Source of the DNA: an uncultured Latescibacterota bacterium
GTDB lineage: Bacteria > Latescibacterota > UBA2968
Reading direction: 5' to 3'
DNA length: 64,000 nucleotides
Assembly (NCBI GenBank): GCA_951812545.1
Contig: OX638317.1
Span: forward strand, 2,297,848 to 2,361,847
Positions 29,870 through 38,178 of the stretch are shown here, in pieces. The translations under genes and the position numbers were made by a program. The stretch's first letter is position 1. Each line of letters starts with the position of its first letter. The notes beneath the pieces were generated by a model. It had not been told where the DNA came from, searched no databases, and was given only the letters and a program-made list of their open reading frames with translations.

Positions 29870-31117
29870 TTAGAGAGATGGGCAGTAATCCAGGGTGTTT
29901 GACACAGGTAGGCCGAGGTGATCGGGAACCGGGAGATCTGCTGGCTCCTGGTCGGGAGGATCCAGTGGGCAATCGGGGTAGGCAATGCGCTGGGTTCTGT
30001 AGAATCCGCCCCTCGGGTTGATGTATTCCCACACGATTTCACCTTCCCAGGTCACTTCGAAGATCCGTCCCTTGTCCGTGTCCAGACTTAGCGTGTTCCC
30101 ATTGGGGAGGCGCTGCATGCCGCCGGTAACAATGCTCAGGAATTTGCTGGCCTGAGGTCCCGCAGCATATTCCCATACGACTTCTCCACTCACGGGATTG
30201 ATTTCTACAAGCCGGGTGTAGAATCGATTAAGCGGAGGATAGCCCGTACCGCCTCCATTGTCATAGATCAGGATATTTCCGTTGTGCAGCATTTTGGGAT
30301 CGTGCGGACCTACCAGGTATTGATTCTGCCTTTCGGTCCCGTTTAACCACATGGTTTCCATCTGGTCCAAATAGCCCCAATTCCATACGATGTCTCCAGT
30401 CGATTTCTCGATGATAAATATCTGATTTCCATTTCTGGAACAGCTAAGAATATTTCCCGGCTTGAATCTCGTGTCGCCCTGATCGTATAGGGGATTGTCG
30501 GGAAGTGTGTGAAGCGTATTCAGATGGAGCCAGTCTCCTTCCTGTCCCGGCTGTTGCCCCCCGCCCGTTTCAAATATGATCTGCTTCGCACGATCGCTAA
30601 AACCGAATTCTTCCAGGTGGTGATGCCCCCACCATTCCCAGACGATCTCGCCCTCCGAAGTTATTTCCATGATGTGATCGTCTTTGAGTGTGACGCGCGA
30701 TACCTGGGGGGCATCCACGCGATCTGCGACCATAGCGAGATAGGTGTGTTCAGAAGTCTTCTGGATGTCGTGATGGAAACCCGTTGGTCGCGCATCCACG
30801 CGGAAGTCTGAGGACAGAGACCAGACAATATTTCCATCCCAGTCCTGCTCTGTGATGGAGGCCCCATTGCTGATATAGTAGCCGTTTGCGACGCGTTCAA
30901 ATAACTGAGAGCCGCGCTGCGTCGCCGGGTTTCCGTAGAACTCGTGAACCACCTCCCCCTTCATGTCTATCAAGTGCCATCGATCGACCTGTTCGGCCGA
31001 GATACCACGCACGGGATCCCAGGGTCCTCGCCCGTGAACGAGCGTGTACCCATTGTAACATCGGTCAGGGTGATAGACGGTAACGCCAGTTGGCCAGTCC
31101 AGAACAGAACGATTCAT
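29870..31117 (-). CDS. Arylsulfotransferase (ASST)-like beta-propeller protein
   Basis: I chose the start at MNRSVLDW (ATG 31117, AAGGAA-type RBS) because a longer start would overlap the upstream gene. His-rich propeller motifs are present: FHHDIQ, WLHLNTLH, GPHDPKMLHNGNILIYDNGG, LPNGNTL. Confidence 0.5.
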   Translation of the reverse strand: MNRSVLDWPTGVTVYHPDRCYNGYTLVHGRGPWDPVRGISAEQVDRWHLIDMKGEVVHEFYGNPATQRGSQLFERVANGYYISNGASITEQDWDGNIVWSLSSDFRVDARPTGFHHDIQKTSEHTYLAMVADRVDAPQVSRVTLKDDHIMEITSEGEIVWEWWGHHHLEEFGFSDRAKQIIFETGGGQQPGQEGDWLHLNTLHTLPDNPLYDQGDTRFKPGNILSCSRNGNQIFIIEKSTGDIVWNWGYLDQMETMWLNGTERQNQYLVGPHDPKMLHNGNILIYDNGGGTGYPPLNRFYTRLVEINPVSGEVVWEYAAGPQASKFLSIVTGGMQRLPNGNTLSLDTDKGRIFEVTWEGEIVWEYINPRGGFYRTQRIAYPDCPLDPPDQEPADLPVPDHLGLPVSNTLDYCPSL

Positions 31118-31133
31118 TTCAATTCCTTTTATG

Positions 31134-32288
31134 TTAGACCCACTTTGTATCTTGCAATGATGCGACCGTGCCAGGACGGGGCCGCCAAATATTTGCGTCG
31201 TCACGCCAGGGGTTTGCCTCCAGCCACTCTTCGTTCATGGCCACGCCCAGCCCGGGGCCGGGCGGTATCGGCAGAAAGCCATCCTTCTGAACCGGAAAGT
31301 CGCCTGTGCAAGCGTCCTGAAACCACGGACTGATTCCGCCTTCCTGTATCATAAAGTTCGGAGTGCAGGCGTCGAGATGCAAAGACGCGATTGTGCATAG
31401 CGGGCCGTAGGGATTGTGTGGTTGAAAACCGACATAATGGGCTTCTGCCATCGCCGCAATTTTCTTTAACTCCAATATGCCGCCCCCCTGAACAATGTCG
31501 GGTTGAATCATCTTCACGATTTGCCGACTCAGCAAGTCGGTAAATTCCCACTTGGTATAAAGCCGCTCGCCAGTCGCCAGTGGAATGCTTACGGCCTCGG
31601 CAACTCTTTGCATTGCGTCGAGGTTTGTTGGTGGCACGGGTTCTTCGTACACAAAGGGACGATACTCGGCCATCGCATTGCCGATGCGGATGGCGTCTGC
31701 CGGGGCAAGCCGTCCATGTACCTCAACGAGCAACTCAACATCGTCGCCCACTGCTTTGCGAACGGCTTCCAGTTTTTTTATGGCTACACGTTCGGCTTCT
31801 GCCGGTATAAACAGTCCACAATGGTCAAACGGGTCCCCCTTGAGCGCCGTCAATCCATTCGCCGTGTTATTTAGCGCGGTTTCGGCGGCGGCTTCGGGTG
31901 TAGGCCCATCCCACCTGCCATAGCACCAGATCCGATCTCTCATCTTTCCACCCAGCATTTCGTATATGGGCAGTCCCACGGCCTGGCCTTTGATGTCCCA
32001 CAGGGCGATTTCTATGCCGCTTATGGCCGACATCTGCACGACACCACCCCGCACAAAAAAGTGATGGTAGAGTGTCTGCCAGTGTTTCTCGATCTGCCAG
32101 GGATCTTCGCCCACCAGCACCTGACCGACCTCGTCGATCTGGGTTGCAACGCTAAGCGGACCAGCGGTCGCCTCACCCCAACCCGTGATGCCTTCATCGG
32201 TTTCAATCTTCACAAACATGTAGTTGCGTGGCGGGCGGCCTTGCGGCGAAGATGATGCGGGGACGGCTTTTATCGATTTAATCTTCAA
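31134..32288 (-). CDS. Enolase-superfamily dehydratase (D-galactonate dehydratase-like)
   Basis: The TTG start overlaps the upstream stop in a TTGA arrangement. The N-terminus is MKIKSIK...VKIETDEGITGWGEA. It has the motif YEEP. Confidence 0.8.
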   Translation of the reverse strand: MKIKSIKAVPASSSPQGRPPRNYMFVKIETDEGITGWGEATAGPLSVATQIDEVGQVLVGEDPWQIEKHWQTLYHHFFVRGGVVQMSAISGIEIALWDIKGQAVGLPIYEMLGGKMRDRIWCYGRWDGPTPEAAAETALNNTANGLTALKGDPFDHCGLFIPAEAERVAIKKLEAVRKAVGDDVELLVEVHGRLAPADAIRIGNAMAEYRPFVYEEPVPPTNLDAMQRVAEAVSIPLATGERLYTKWEFTDLLSRQIVKMIQPDIVQGGGILELKKIAAMAEAHYVGFQPHNPYGPLCTIASLHLDACTPNFMIQEGGISPWFQDACTGDFPVQKDGFLPIPPGPGLGVAMNEEWLEANPWRDDANIWRPRPGTVASLQDTKWV

Positions 32289-33481
32289 GGTATTCCTCCC
32301 TTGGAAAGTTCCTCATCCACGGTGATCGCAATACGCCCTTGAGGCCCATCGATTCGGCTTATCAGGAGACTTTCCAGATCAATATGCTCCCGCTCCGTCA
32401 GTTGAATCGCCAGAGGACTCGCAAGGAACTCCTTGTAGGGACGAGCGGTCTCCATAAAAGGCATGATGTACATGGGAACGACGGACTGAAGCATCGCCGC
32501 CCGTTTTTTGTTCGTGCGGTTCACACCAGCCCGATGCCAGGTTCGGGCATCATAGATAACGTAGCTACCCGCCGGCGCCTCAACGACGTCTGCTTCGGAT
32601 CCCGTATAGGGGAGGCCCTTTGCCTGGCGAGATCCCTCCTCCCTGTACGCATTCCCACTCCCCCATTCTGGAGGAGGTCCTACTCCAAGCGTATGCGATC
32701 CGAGTTTGAAACAGGTCGCGCCGTTTTCACTCTTAAATTCGGTCACACATAAATTTCGCTGAACGCCAAGCACGAGATTCAGCGCATTGTGCGGTACGAT
32801 CCGATTGCCATCGGAGGAATTCCTGGCGATCCCCCAGAGGTATGGATAATCCGAATGCCACCCCCCCACCTGGCGTTCACCGTCATCCGGAGCCACGACG
32901 GCGAAACCGGGCCTGTGCGCCAGCCGAATTTCCCGACACTGCATATACTCCCGCATCACCCAGAGGGATACAGGCTCGGTAGCGGCTCTCGACACTTCTA
33001 CAGACTGCGTGAGAGTCGGCAGGCTTTTGTCTAATTCTTCATTGTCCCACTTGCCGGTGCAACTCACCCTTTGCAGTTCTTCAATCGCGCGAGGAGACAA
33101 GATGCTCGGAAGGCAGACCCATCCGTTCTCGCGGATTTGCTGAAGGTATTCAGACGGGAGATGGGCAGGGCCGTGACCCGGCTGAAAACGCCCCGGCACG
33201 GACGATTGGCAGCCATCTTCGCCCAGTGATTTCCCATTCAGGGCGAGATGCACGCCTTCGTCATTCGCGGCAGACACATCGAGTGTCTGGCCTGACACCA
33301 CATGGCGATAGGTGTCGCCTTCTTCTCTCCAGATCACTTTGTCGTCGGCGTGGTCGAAGACAGCTGTTTCGCCTTCCGATACGCCCAGAAAATCACCCTT
33401 TTCGTTCCTTAACAGCGTGAAGTGAGCAGAGGGTTTCTCCACGCGAACGACGCGTTCTTCGAATTTCTGAGTCGGGGGCAT
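32285..33481 (-). CDS. PhyH-like Fe(II)/2OG dioxygenase with an N-terminal extension
   Basis: This is a 398-aa ORF. It has WHSDYPY (His-x-Asp) and a distal His in ARTWHRAGVN. Confidence 0.6.
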   Translation of the reverse strand: MPPTQKFEERVVRVEKPSAHFTLLRNEKGDFLGVSEGETAVFDHADDKVIWREEGDTYRHVVSGQTLDVSAANDEGVHLALNGKSLGEDGCQSSVPGRFQPGHGPAHLPSEYLQQIRENGWVCLPSILSPRAIEELQRVSCTGKWDNEELDKSLPTLTQSVEVSRAATEPVSLWVMREYMQCREIRLAHRPGFAVVAPDDGERQVGGWHSDYPYLWGIARNSSDGNRIVPHNALNLVLGVQRNLCVTEFKSENGATCFKLGSHTLGVGPPPEWGSGNAYREEGSRQAKGLPYTGSEADVVEAPAGSYVIYDARTWHRAGVNRTNKKRAAMLQSVVPMYIMPFMETARPYKEFLASPLAIQLTEREHIDLESLLISRIDGPQGRIAITVDEELSKGGIP

Positions 33482-33607
33482 GTGTCACACCTTAGTTAAA
33501 AGAAAATGTCGTGGACTGATTGAAACGGGCGACCTTCTGATCGACGGCAGCTGGATTTGGATTTTGTGGATAATAATCAGGAATTTCTGTGCCCTTCCTC
33601 ATTGAGG

Positions 33608-34414
33608 TCATCCCTCTTCGAAATCTGGAAAATAGACCGCTGGATTGTTCGCGTCACTCAGATGCTTTCGCTCGTTGCCCCAGTTGTCTGCTGTGCCGTT
33701 CCAATATCGGGTGTCGGATGGGGAATATGAGAAAAGGTATGACCAGCGCGACTTGTCGGTGCTGTTGACTGGAGCGCCATGGATTGTGTACCCGTGATGC
33801 ACTGTGCAATCACCTGGCTGGTAATGGAAGGGTGGAGAAAGCTCCAGCACAGACGTCAGATTTGGAAATTGCTCGAGCAGGTCGCCCTGGCCATCGCCGC
33901 CTACCGAGCCAAGCGGTCCTTCGCGATGCGAGCGACTGACGAATCGCATCGCACTCATCTCTGGTGTCACTTCCGCCAGCGCAAGCCAGAATTGGAGCTC
34001 GCCCACGCGATCAGAGCCGTGCTGTGACGAGTCCTGATGATAATGGGTTCTGGCTGCCCCTGGGGGCTTTTCTCTTATGACGTCAGCGCGATAACGAAGT
34101 GGGATATCTACGCCCTTGAGCCGCTTCCTATTCACGAGTCGCATCGCGTTTTTTGACATGCGTTCGCTGAACATGAACGAGCGAAACGGCTCAGCCTCTT
34201 CCTGCAGTACCAGACCAACGGCCCGTCTGCCGCCCTTGTCTTCGCCGTAGCGTTCCAGCCACTCCTGGCCGACAGTCAGGAGCTCCGCCACGAACTCCGG
34301 ATCTACGAGCTCCTTCATCATGACCCACCCGTATTCCTGGTAGAAAGCCACTTCTTCGTCTGTGACCTCTCGAACGACGGCTTCGATCTCGCGCTCTGTC
34401 AATGCTTGTCCCAT
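33608..34414 (-). CDS. PhyH-like dioxygenase, paralogue A1
   Basis: I chose the start at MGQALTEREIE (ATG 34414, preceded by GGAGGAG). It has YHQDS and a distal TVHHGYTIHG. It is about 85% identical by eye to 35207..36001. Confidence 0.7.
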   Translation of the reverse strand: MGQALTEREIEAVVREVTDEEVAFYQEYGWVMMKELVDPEFVAELLTVGQEWLERYGEDKGGRRAVGLVLQEEAEPFRSFMFSERMSKNAMRLVNRKRLKGVDIPLRYRADVIREKPPGAARTHYHQDSSQHGSDRVGELQFWLALAEVTPEMSAMRFVSRSHREGPLGSVGGDGQGDLLEQFPNLTSVLELSPPFHYQPGDCTVHHGYTIHGAPVNSTDKSRWSYLFSYSPSDTRYWNGTADNWGNERKHLSDANNPAVYFPDFEEG

Positions 34415-34463
34415 AACCTGTGCTCCTCCAGTGTCGTGTTCCATCAAAATCCCCTTGAATCTC

Positions 34464-35189
34464 CTAACCAAATGACGCCAGAGGATCTGGAATGAGCGCA
34501 CAATGCTCGCCCAACCGCTCGCGAATATCCTGCGTCAAAGAGCCTGCAATTTCATATTGAGGCGCAGTTTTTGGACAACTGTAGCCCATATGGATCACGC
34601 GCCTGGGCGATTTTGAAAGGTTTGCTCGTGCGCCATGCCAGACGTCACCGTGGCAAAAAATGCCAGTTCCAGCCATACAGGTCGCGTAGATTTCTCCAGC
34701 AACTGCCTCTTTGAGATCGTCCAGAATATCTCGGGGCCAGGGTTTTTTATGCGATCCCGGCACAATACGAGTCGCACCGTTTTCTTCTGTCATATCATCA
34801 AGTGCCCACACCACATTGAGGTATGCAGTACAATTCTTAAAGAACGATCGATCGGCATGGATTGCCTGAAGAGGACGCGGGTCACCGGGCATGGGATCGT
34901 GAAAATTCATAGCCTGCCAGCGCATATCCTCTCCAATCACCAGCCTGGCCATTTCCAATGTAATCGGCTCGATTGCCAGCTCTTCGAAGACGCGGCCTTT
35001 GCCAATGAGATTACACAACCTGCGAACGCCCGGAGGGGTCGATCCTTCTGTCCCTGCCTTTTCGCCTTCCAGATCATATCTCTTTTCCAGAGCCTCTCGC
35101 AACGCTGCCAATCGTTGCAGAGAGAGCACATTTTCAACGACCAAATAACCGTGTTCTTGAAAAAAATCCCATTGTTGCACAGAAATCAT
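34464..35189 (-). CDS. PhyH-family dioxygenase
   Basis: This is a 241-aa ORF. It has the N-terminus FQEHGYLVVENVL, the motif IHADR and DVWHGARAN. Confidence 0.75.
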   Translation of the reverse strand: MISVQQWDFFQEHGYLVVENVLSLQRLAALREALEKRYDLEGEKAGTEGSTPPGVRRLCNLIGKGRVFEELAIEPITLEMARLVIGEDMRWQAMNFHDPMPGDPRPLQAIHADRSFFKNCTAYLNVVWALDDMTEENGATRIVPGSHKKPWPRDILDDLKEAVAGEIYATCMAGTGIFCHGDVWHGARANLSKSPRRVIHMGYSCPKTAPQYEIAGSLTQDIRERLGEHCALIPDPLASFG

Positions 35190-35206
35190 TTCAATTCCCT
35201 GAAACC

Positions 35207-36001
35207 TTATTCGGAAAAATGGACCGTTGGATTGTTCGGGTCACTCAAACGCTTCCGCTCGCTGCCCCAGTTGGCTGCGGTGCCGTTCCAGTATCGCGTG
35301 TCAGAAGGGGAGTATGAGAAGAGGTATGACCAGCGCGGCTTGTCGGTGCTGTTGGGGGGACCGCCATGGACTGTGTATCCGTGATGCACAGTACAGTCGC
35401 CCGGCTGATAATGGAACGGCGGAGAGAGCTCCAGCACAGACGTCAGATTTGGGTACTGTTCGAGCAGGTTGCCCTGGTCATCTTTGAATACCGAGCCAAG
35501 CGGTCCTTCGCGATGTGAGCGGCTGACGAATCGCATGGCACTCATCTCTGGTGGCACTTCCACCAGTGCAAGCCAGAACTGGAGCTCGCCCACGCGATCA
35601 GAGCCGTGCTCTGATGAGTCCTGATGATAAGTGGCTCCGGCTGCCCCCGGGGGCTTGTGTTGGAGGATGTCGATGCGATAGCGAAGTGGGATATCTACGC
35701 CCTTGAGCCGCTTCCTGTTCACGAGTCGCATCGCGTTCTTTGACATGCGCTCGCTGAACATGAACGAGCGGAACGGCTCGGTCTCTTCCCGCCGCGCCAG
35801 GCCGACGGCCCGTCTGCCGCCCTTCTCTTCGACATTGCGTTTCAACCACTCTTGACCAACGCGCAGGAGCTCCGTTGCGAACTCCGAGTCCACGAGTTGC
35901 TTCATCATGACCCACCCGTATTCGTGGTAAAAAGCCACTTCTTCGTCTGTGACCTCCCGGACGATCGATTCGATTTCACGCTCCGTCAATGCTTGTCCCA
36001 T
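35207..36001 (-). CDS. PhyH-like dioxygenase, paralogue A2
   Basis: I chose the start at MGQALTEREIE (ATG 36001, preceded by GAAGGAG), which avoids overlap with 36060..37253. It is a near-duplicate of 33608..34414. Confidence 0.7.
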   Translation of the reverse strand: MGQALTEREIESIVREVTDEEVAFYHEYGWVMMKQLVDSEFATELLRVGQEWLKRNVEEKGGRRAVGLARREETEPFRSFMFSERMSKNAMRLVNRKRLKGVDIPLRYRIDILQHKPPGAAGATYHQDSSEHGSDRVGELQFWLALVEVPPEMSAMRFVSRSHREGPLGSVFKDDQGNLLEQYPNLTSVLELSPPFHYQPGDCTVHHGYTVHGGPPNSTDKPRWSYLFSYSPSDTRYWNGTAANWGSERKRLSDPNNPTVHFSE

Positions 36002-36059
36002 AACCTGTACTCCTTCAATAGAGTGTCCCTGAACAGGATGACATACTGATCTCTCGTAT

Positions 36060-37253
36060 CTAACGAATATGTTTGTGTACCTTATCTCTGACGCGGCACA
36101 GATTTTCATCCAATTCGGCGATTTCAGAAGAACCATAGGGATCTGTTGCGCGTTCATAGATTTCCTTGTTGGCCTCCCTCACGGCATCCACGAGCCCGGG
36201 CTTTGGGTTGCCGTCCCAGTCGTACAGGCCTTCCATCATGCCGGACATTTTCATCAACGGACCGTCATCAAGATCGTACAGAGTCGCGCAAAAATTGACG
36301 CCGCACACGTTCGAGTCTCGCAAGTGGCGGTCGAGCAGCAAGCCGTAGATGCGGCCTTTGTGTTCGGACGTCACACTGCGCGGATTCTGGCGTGACGCTT
36401 CAAAAATATGGCCTGACTCCTCGTCAGATACCAGCACAGACCTGCCCGTTGCTGCACTCTGTTCGGCAAAACTGATGTCGCGGTTAAAGTGCTGGGGCGA
36501 AAGCATATCGACATAAGGCGTCAAAGCCTCCCACGTTTTCAGGTCAAAGGACTGCTCCTTGACATAAGGTCCGAGGATCAGGTGGTTGGGATCATGCCGG
36601 CGTATCGCATCGTAGATCATGCGGTACATGTGAACCGCCATTTTGCGGATATTCTCCTGCTCTGGTGCTTTGCTGTCGAGCGACGGTATTGAATTGATCC
36701 AGTTCTCCGGTCTGATGAAGGTGCCGAAACCATAGTAGTATCCCATCATCAACGGATCATCGGCGTACCGCGAGCAAACATCGGCTACCAACTCTTCTAC
36801 CCACTCCTGGTAAGCAGGGGCGAAGATATCTGGTCGTTCCTGACCTTCCGGCAACTCGTTGGGATGAGGGATCAGGAAGAGTCCGGCAGCGTAGGGGAAA
36901 GATTCGCGGCGAAACAGCGCCACCACCTTCTCGACATCGACATAGCCCTTGGGGTCCCGACACTGGCTCGTCGCGCCTGCGAGTGCGCAGTTAAACCCGA
37001 GCGCGCGTATCTGGCCGAACCACTTTTCAATCCACGCATCCTTGTCGCCGTCGTAAAGCTTTTGCACGGTCGGCTGACTGTTCCCGGTGTAGATATGGGA
37101 CAGCGACACGGGGAAAAAGGCGTTGCCCTCGGGTGTGATGAACCATCTGCGCCCGTCCAGTTCCTCGAGATGGAACCAGCCGGTGCTTTTTCCCTTCAGT
37201 TCGGTTGTGCCGCCGTACGAATCAAGTGTATGTGTCATGGGTTTTGCCTCCAT
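36060..37253 (-). CDS. Putative TIM-barrel glycoside hydrolase-like protein
   Basis: This is a clean 397-aa ORF. The N-terminal segment (GWFHLEELDGRRWFITPEGNAFF) is typical of clan GH-A-like enzymes. It is the first gene of the long minus-strand catabolic cluster. The family assignment is uncertain. Confidence 0.5.
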   Translation of the reverse strand: MEAKPMTHTLDSYGGTTELKGKSTGWFHLEELDGRRWFITPEGNAFFPVSLSHIYTGNSQPTVQKLYDGDKDAWIEKWFGQIRALGFNCALAGATSQCRDPKGYVDVEKVVALFRRESFPYAAGLFLIPHPNELPEGQERPDIFAPAYQEWVEELVADVCSRYADDPLMMGYYYGFGTFIRPENWINSIPSLDSKAPEQENIRKMAVHMYRMIYDAIRRHDPNHLILGPYVKEQSFDLKTWEALTPYVDMLSPQHFNRDISFAEQSAATGRSVLVSDEESGHIFEASRQNPRSVTSEHKGRIYGLLLDRHLRDSNVCGVNFCATLYDLDDGPLMKMSGMMEGLYDWDGNPKPGLVDAVREANKEIYERATDPYGSSEIAELDENLCRVRDKVHKHIR

Positions 37254-37269
37254 ATTTTATTCATCACCC

Positions 37270-37305
37270 CCAGTGGACAGCGGCCAGTCGGTCGTAATAA
37301 TCGTC
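37270..37305. repeat. Left copy of the 36-bp direct repeat bracketing the island
   Basis: CCAGTGGACAGCGGCCAGTCGGTCGTAATAATCGTC matches 50584-50619 at 35/36 positions in the same orientation. Confidence 0.9.
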
Positions 37306-37385
37306 CCACATTTCTCACGCAGATACGACCTCAAAGGCCGTGATGCAGTCTGTGTCTGGTCATATTATGCACCTTTTTCTTTTGA

Positions 37386-37447
37386 TATTTGCAATTTACT
37401 CGAAAAAACAGGGGCTTGCAATGGCAATTTGGAGTATAAAGATTATT
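37386..37447. repeat. 62-bp direct repeat, copy 1 (toxin-stub-like)
   Basis: TATTTGCAATTTACTCGAAAAAAC... matches 38005-38066 at 56/62 positions with no indels. One frame reads ...FAIYSKK..., which resembles the C-terminus of Gp49/HigB-type toxins. Confidence 0.85.
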
Positions 37448-37613
37448 GCAAAAATCAGTGGACAAAAGATCTATACGAATTGCCCAACTGATGGGTGTAT
37501 CTGTTCGAACATTGCAAGACTGGGAGCAGGACCGCCGTCGTCCGTCGGGTGCAGCCCGGACACTACTGATGATCGCAGACAAAAATCCTCAAGCGATATT
37601 GGATGTAATGTGA
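37446..37613 (+). CDS. Small HTH antitoxin-like protein (XRE/COG2944-type), possibly a remnant
   Basis: The frame reads ...IAQLMGVSVRTLQDWEQDRRRPSGAARTLLMIADKNPQAILDVM*. This is the classic xxLGVSxxTLQxWEQGRRxPSGxAxxLL pattern. Only a TTG start (37446) is available and there is no clear RBS. Confidence 0.45.
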   Translation: MQKSVDKRSIRIAQLMGVSVRTLQDWEQDRRRPSGAARTLLMIADKNPQAILDVM

Positions 37614-37656
37614 GAACCTGATTGAGTTGATCCCCAATTGACGTGAGGGCATCGGT

Positions 37657-37893
37657 TTAAGAAAAAAGAACGAGTAGAGAATTATAATATTCTTTACCCG
37701 TTTTCTTTTTGCCAGACAGCGTTTGGCAAATCGGTTGTTGAGGGAATTGATCAAATTCTCCAGACAATGTCTGGAGAATTTCGCTGAGTTCTGATTTTTC
37801 AGACAGTGTCTGAAGAATTTGTACAGGTGGATACGATTGGTAGAACAGATGCGCTCGCAATGCAGTATTCAACAATTTTGTTTGCGATCTCAT
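37657..37893 (-). pseudogene. DUF1016/YhcG-type PD-(D/E)xK nuclease N-terminal fragment
   Basis: This is a 78-aa ORF reading ...LRAHLFYQSYPPVQILQTLSEKSELSEILQTLSGEF.... It matches my recollection of the FYxxYP...QTxSxKSE...xQTxSGxF repeat in DUF1016 N-termini. The nuclease domain is absent. Confidence 0.4.
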
Positions 37894-38004
37894 CCAAAAG
37901 CGATTCTGTTATTTTTTGTTCTTTCGCATTCATACCCTGAGTATTTCCGCGCAGTCGAACCGAGCGAATCGCCCATCCGTTTTTTGCATATAATGATAAA
38001 TGCC

Positions 38005-38066
38005 TATTTGCAATTTACTCGAAAAAACCGGGGCTTTCAAGGTCATTTTTGAGTATAAAGATTATT
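38005..38066. repeat. 62-bp direct repeat, copy 2
   Basis: See 37386-37447. Here the toxin-like frame (...RIAHPFFAYNDKCLFAIYSKKPG...) ends at the TAA at 38074-38076. Confidence 0.85.
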
Positions 38067-38080
38067 ATACTCAAAATTTA

Positions 38081-38114
38081 AGACCAATCAGATAGCGATA
38101 CTGATTGGTCTTTT
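38081..38114. terminator. Bidirectional rho-independent terminator-like hairpin
   Basis: The hairpin is AGACCAATCAG-atagcgata-CTGATTGGTCT, an 11-bp perfect stem. It is flanked by AAAATTTA on one side and TTTT on the other. It lies about 65 nt downstream of the 1262-aa gene stop. Confidence 0.55.
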
Positions 38115-38178
38115 CAGGCTGATATATTAGGTCTGGTGTCACACTGAAGAAGCGTTCGCGTGATACCAGCACCAACTC

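Noticed and set aside
34635-35384. A 249-aa plus-strand ORF overlaps two PhyH genes.
   Set aside because: It is antisense to two genes with clear dioxygenase motifs and RBSs, which makes it a shadow ORF.
37340-37621. A 93-aa plus-strand ORF from the track (MMQSVSGHIMHLFLL...).
   Set aside because: It reads through the toxin-like repeat and then continues out of frame across the HTH antitoxin region. It is better explained as a chimeric read-through of two decayed or compact elements.
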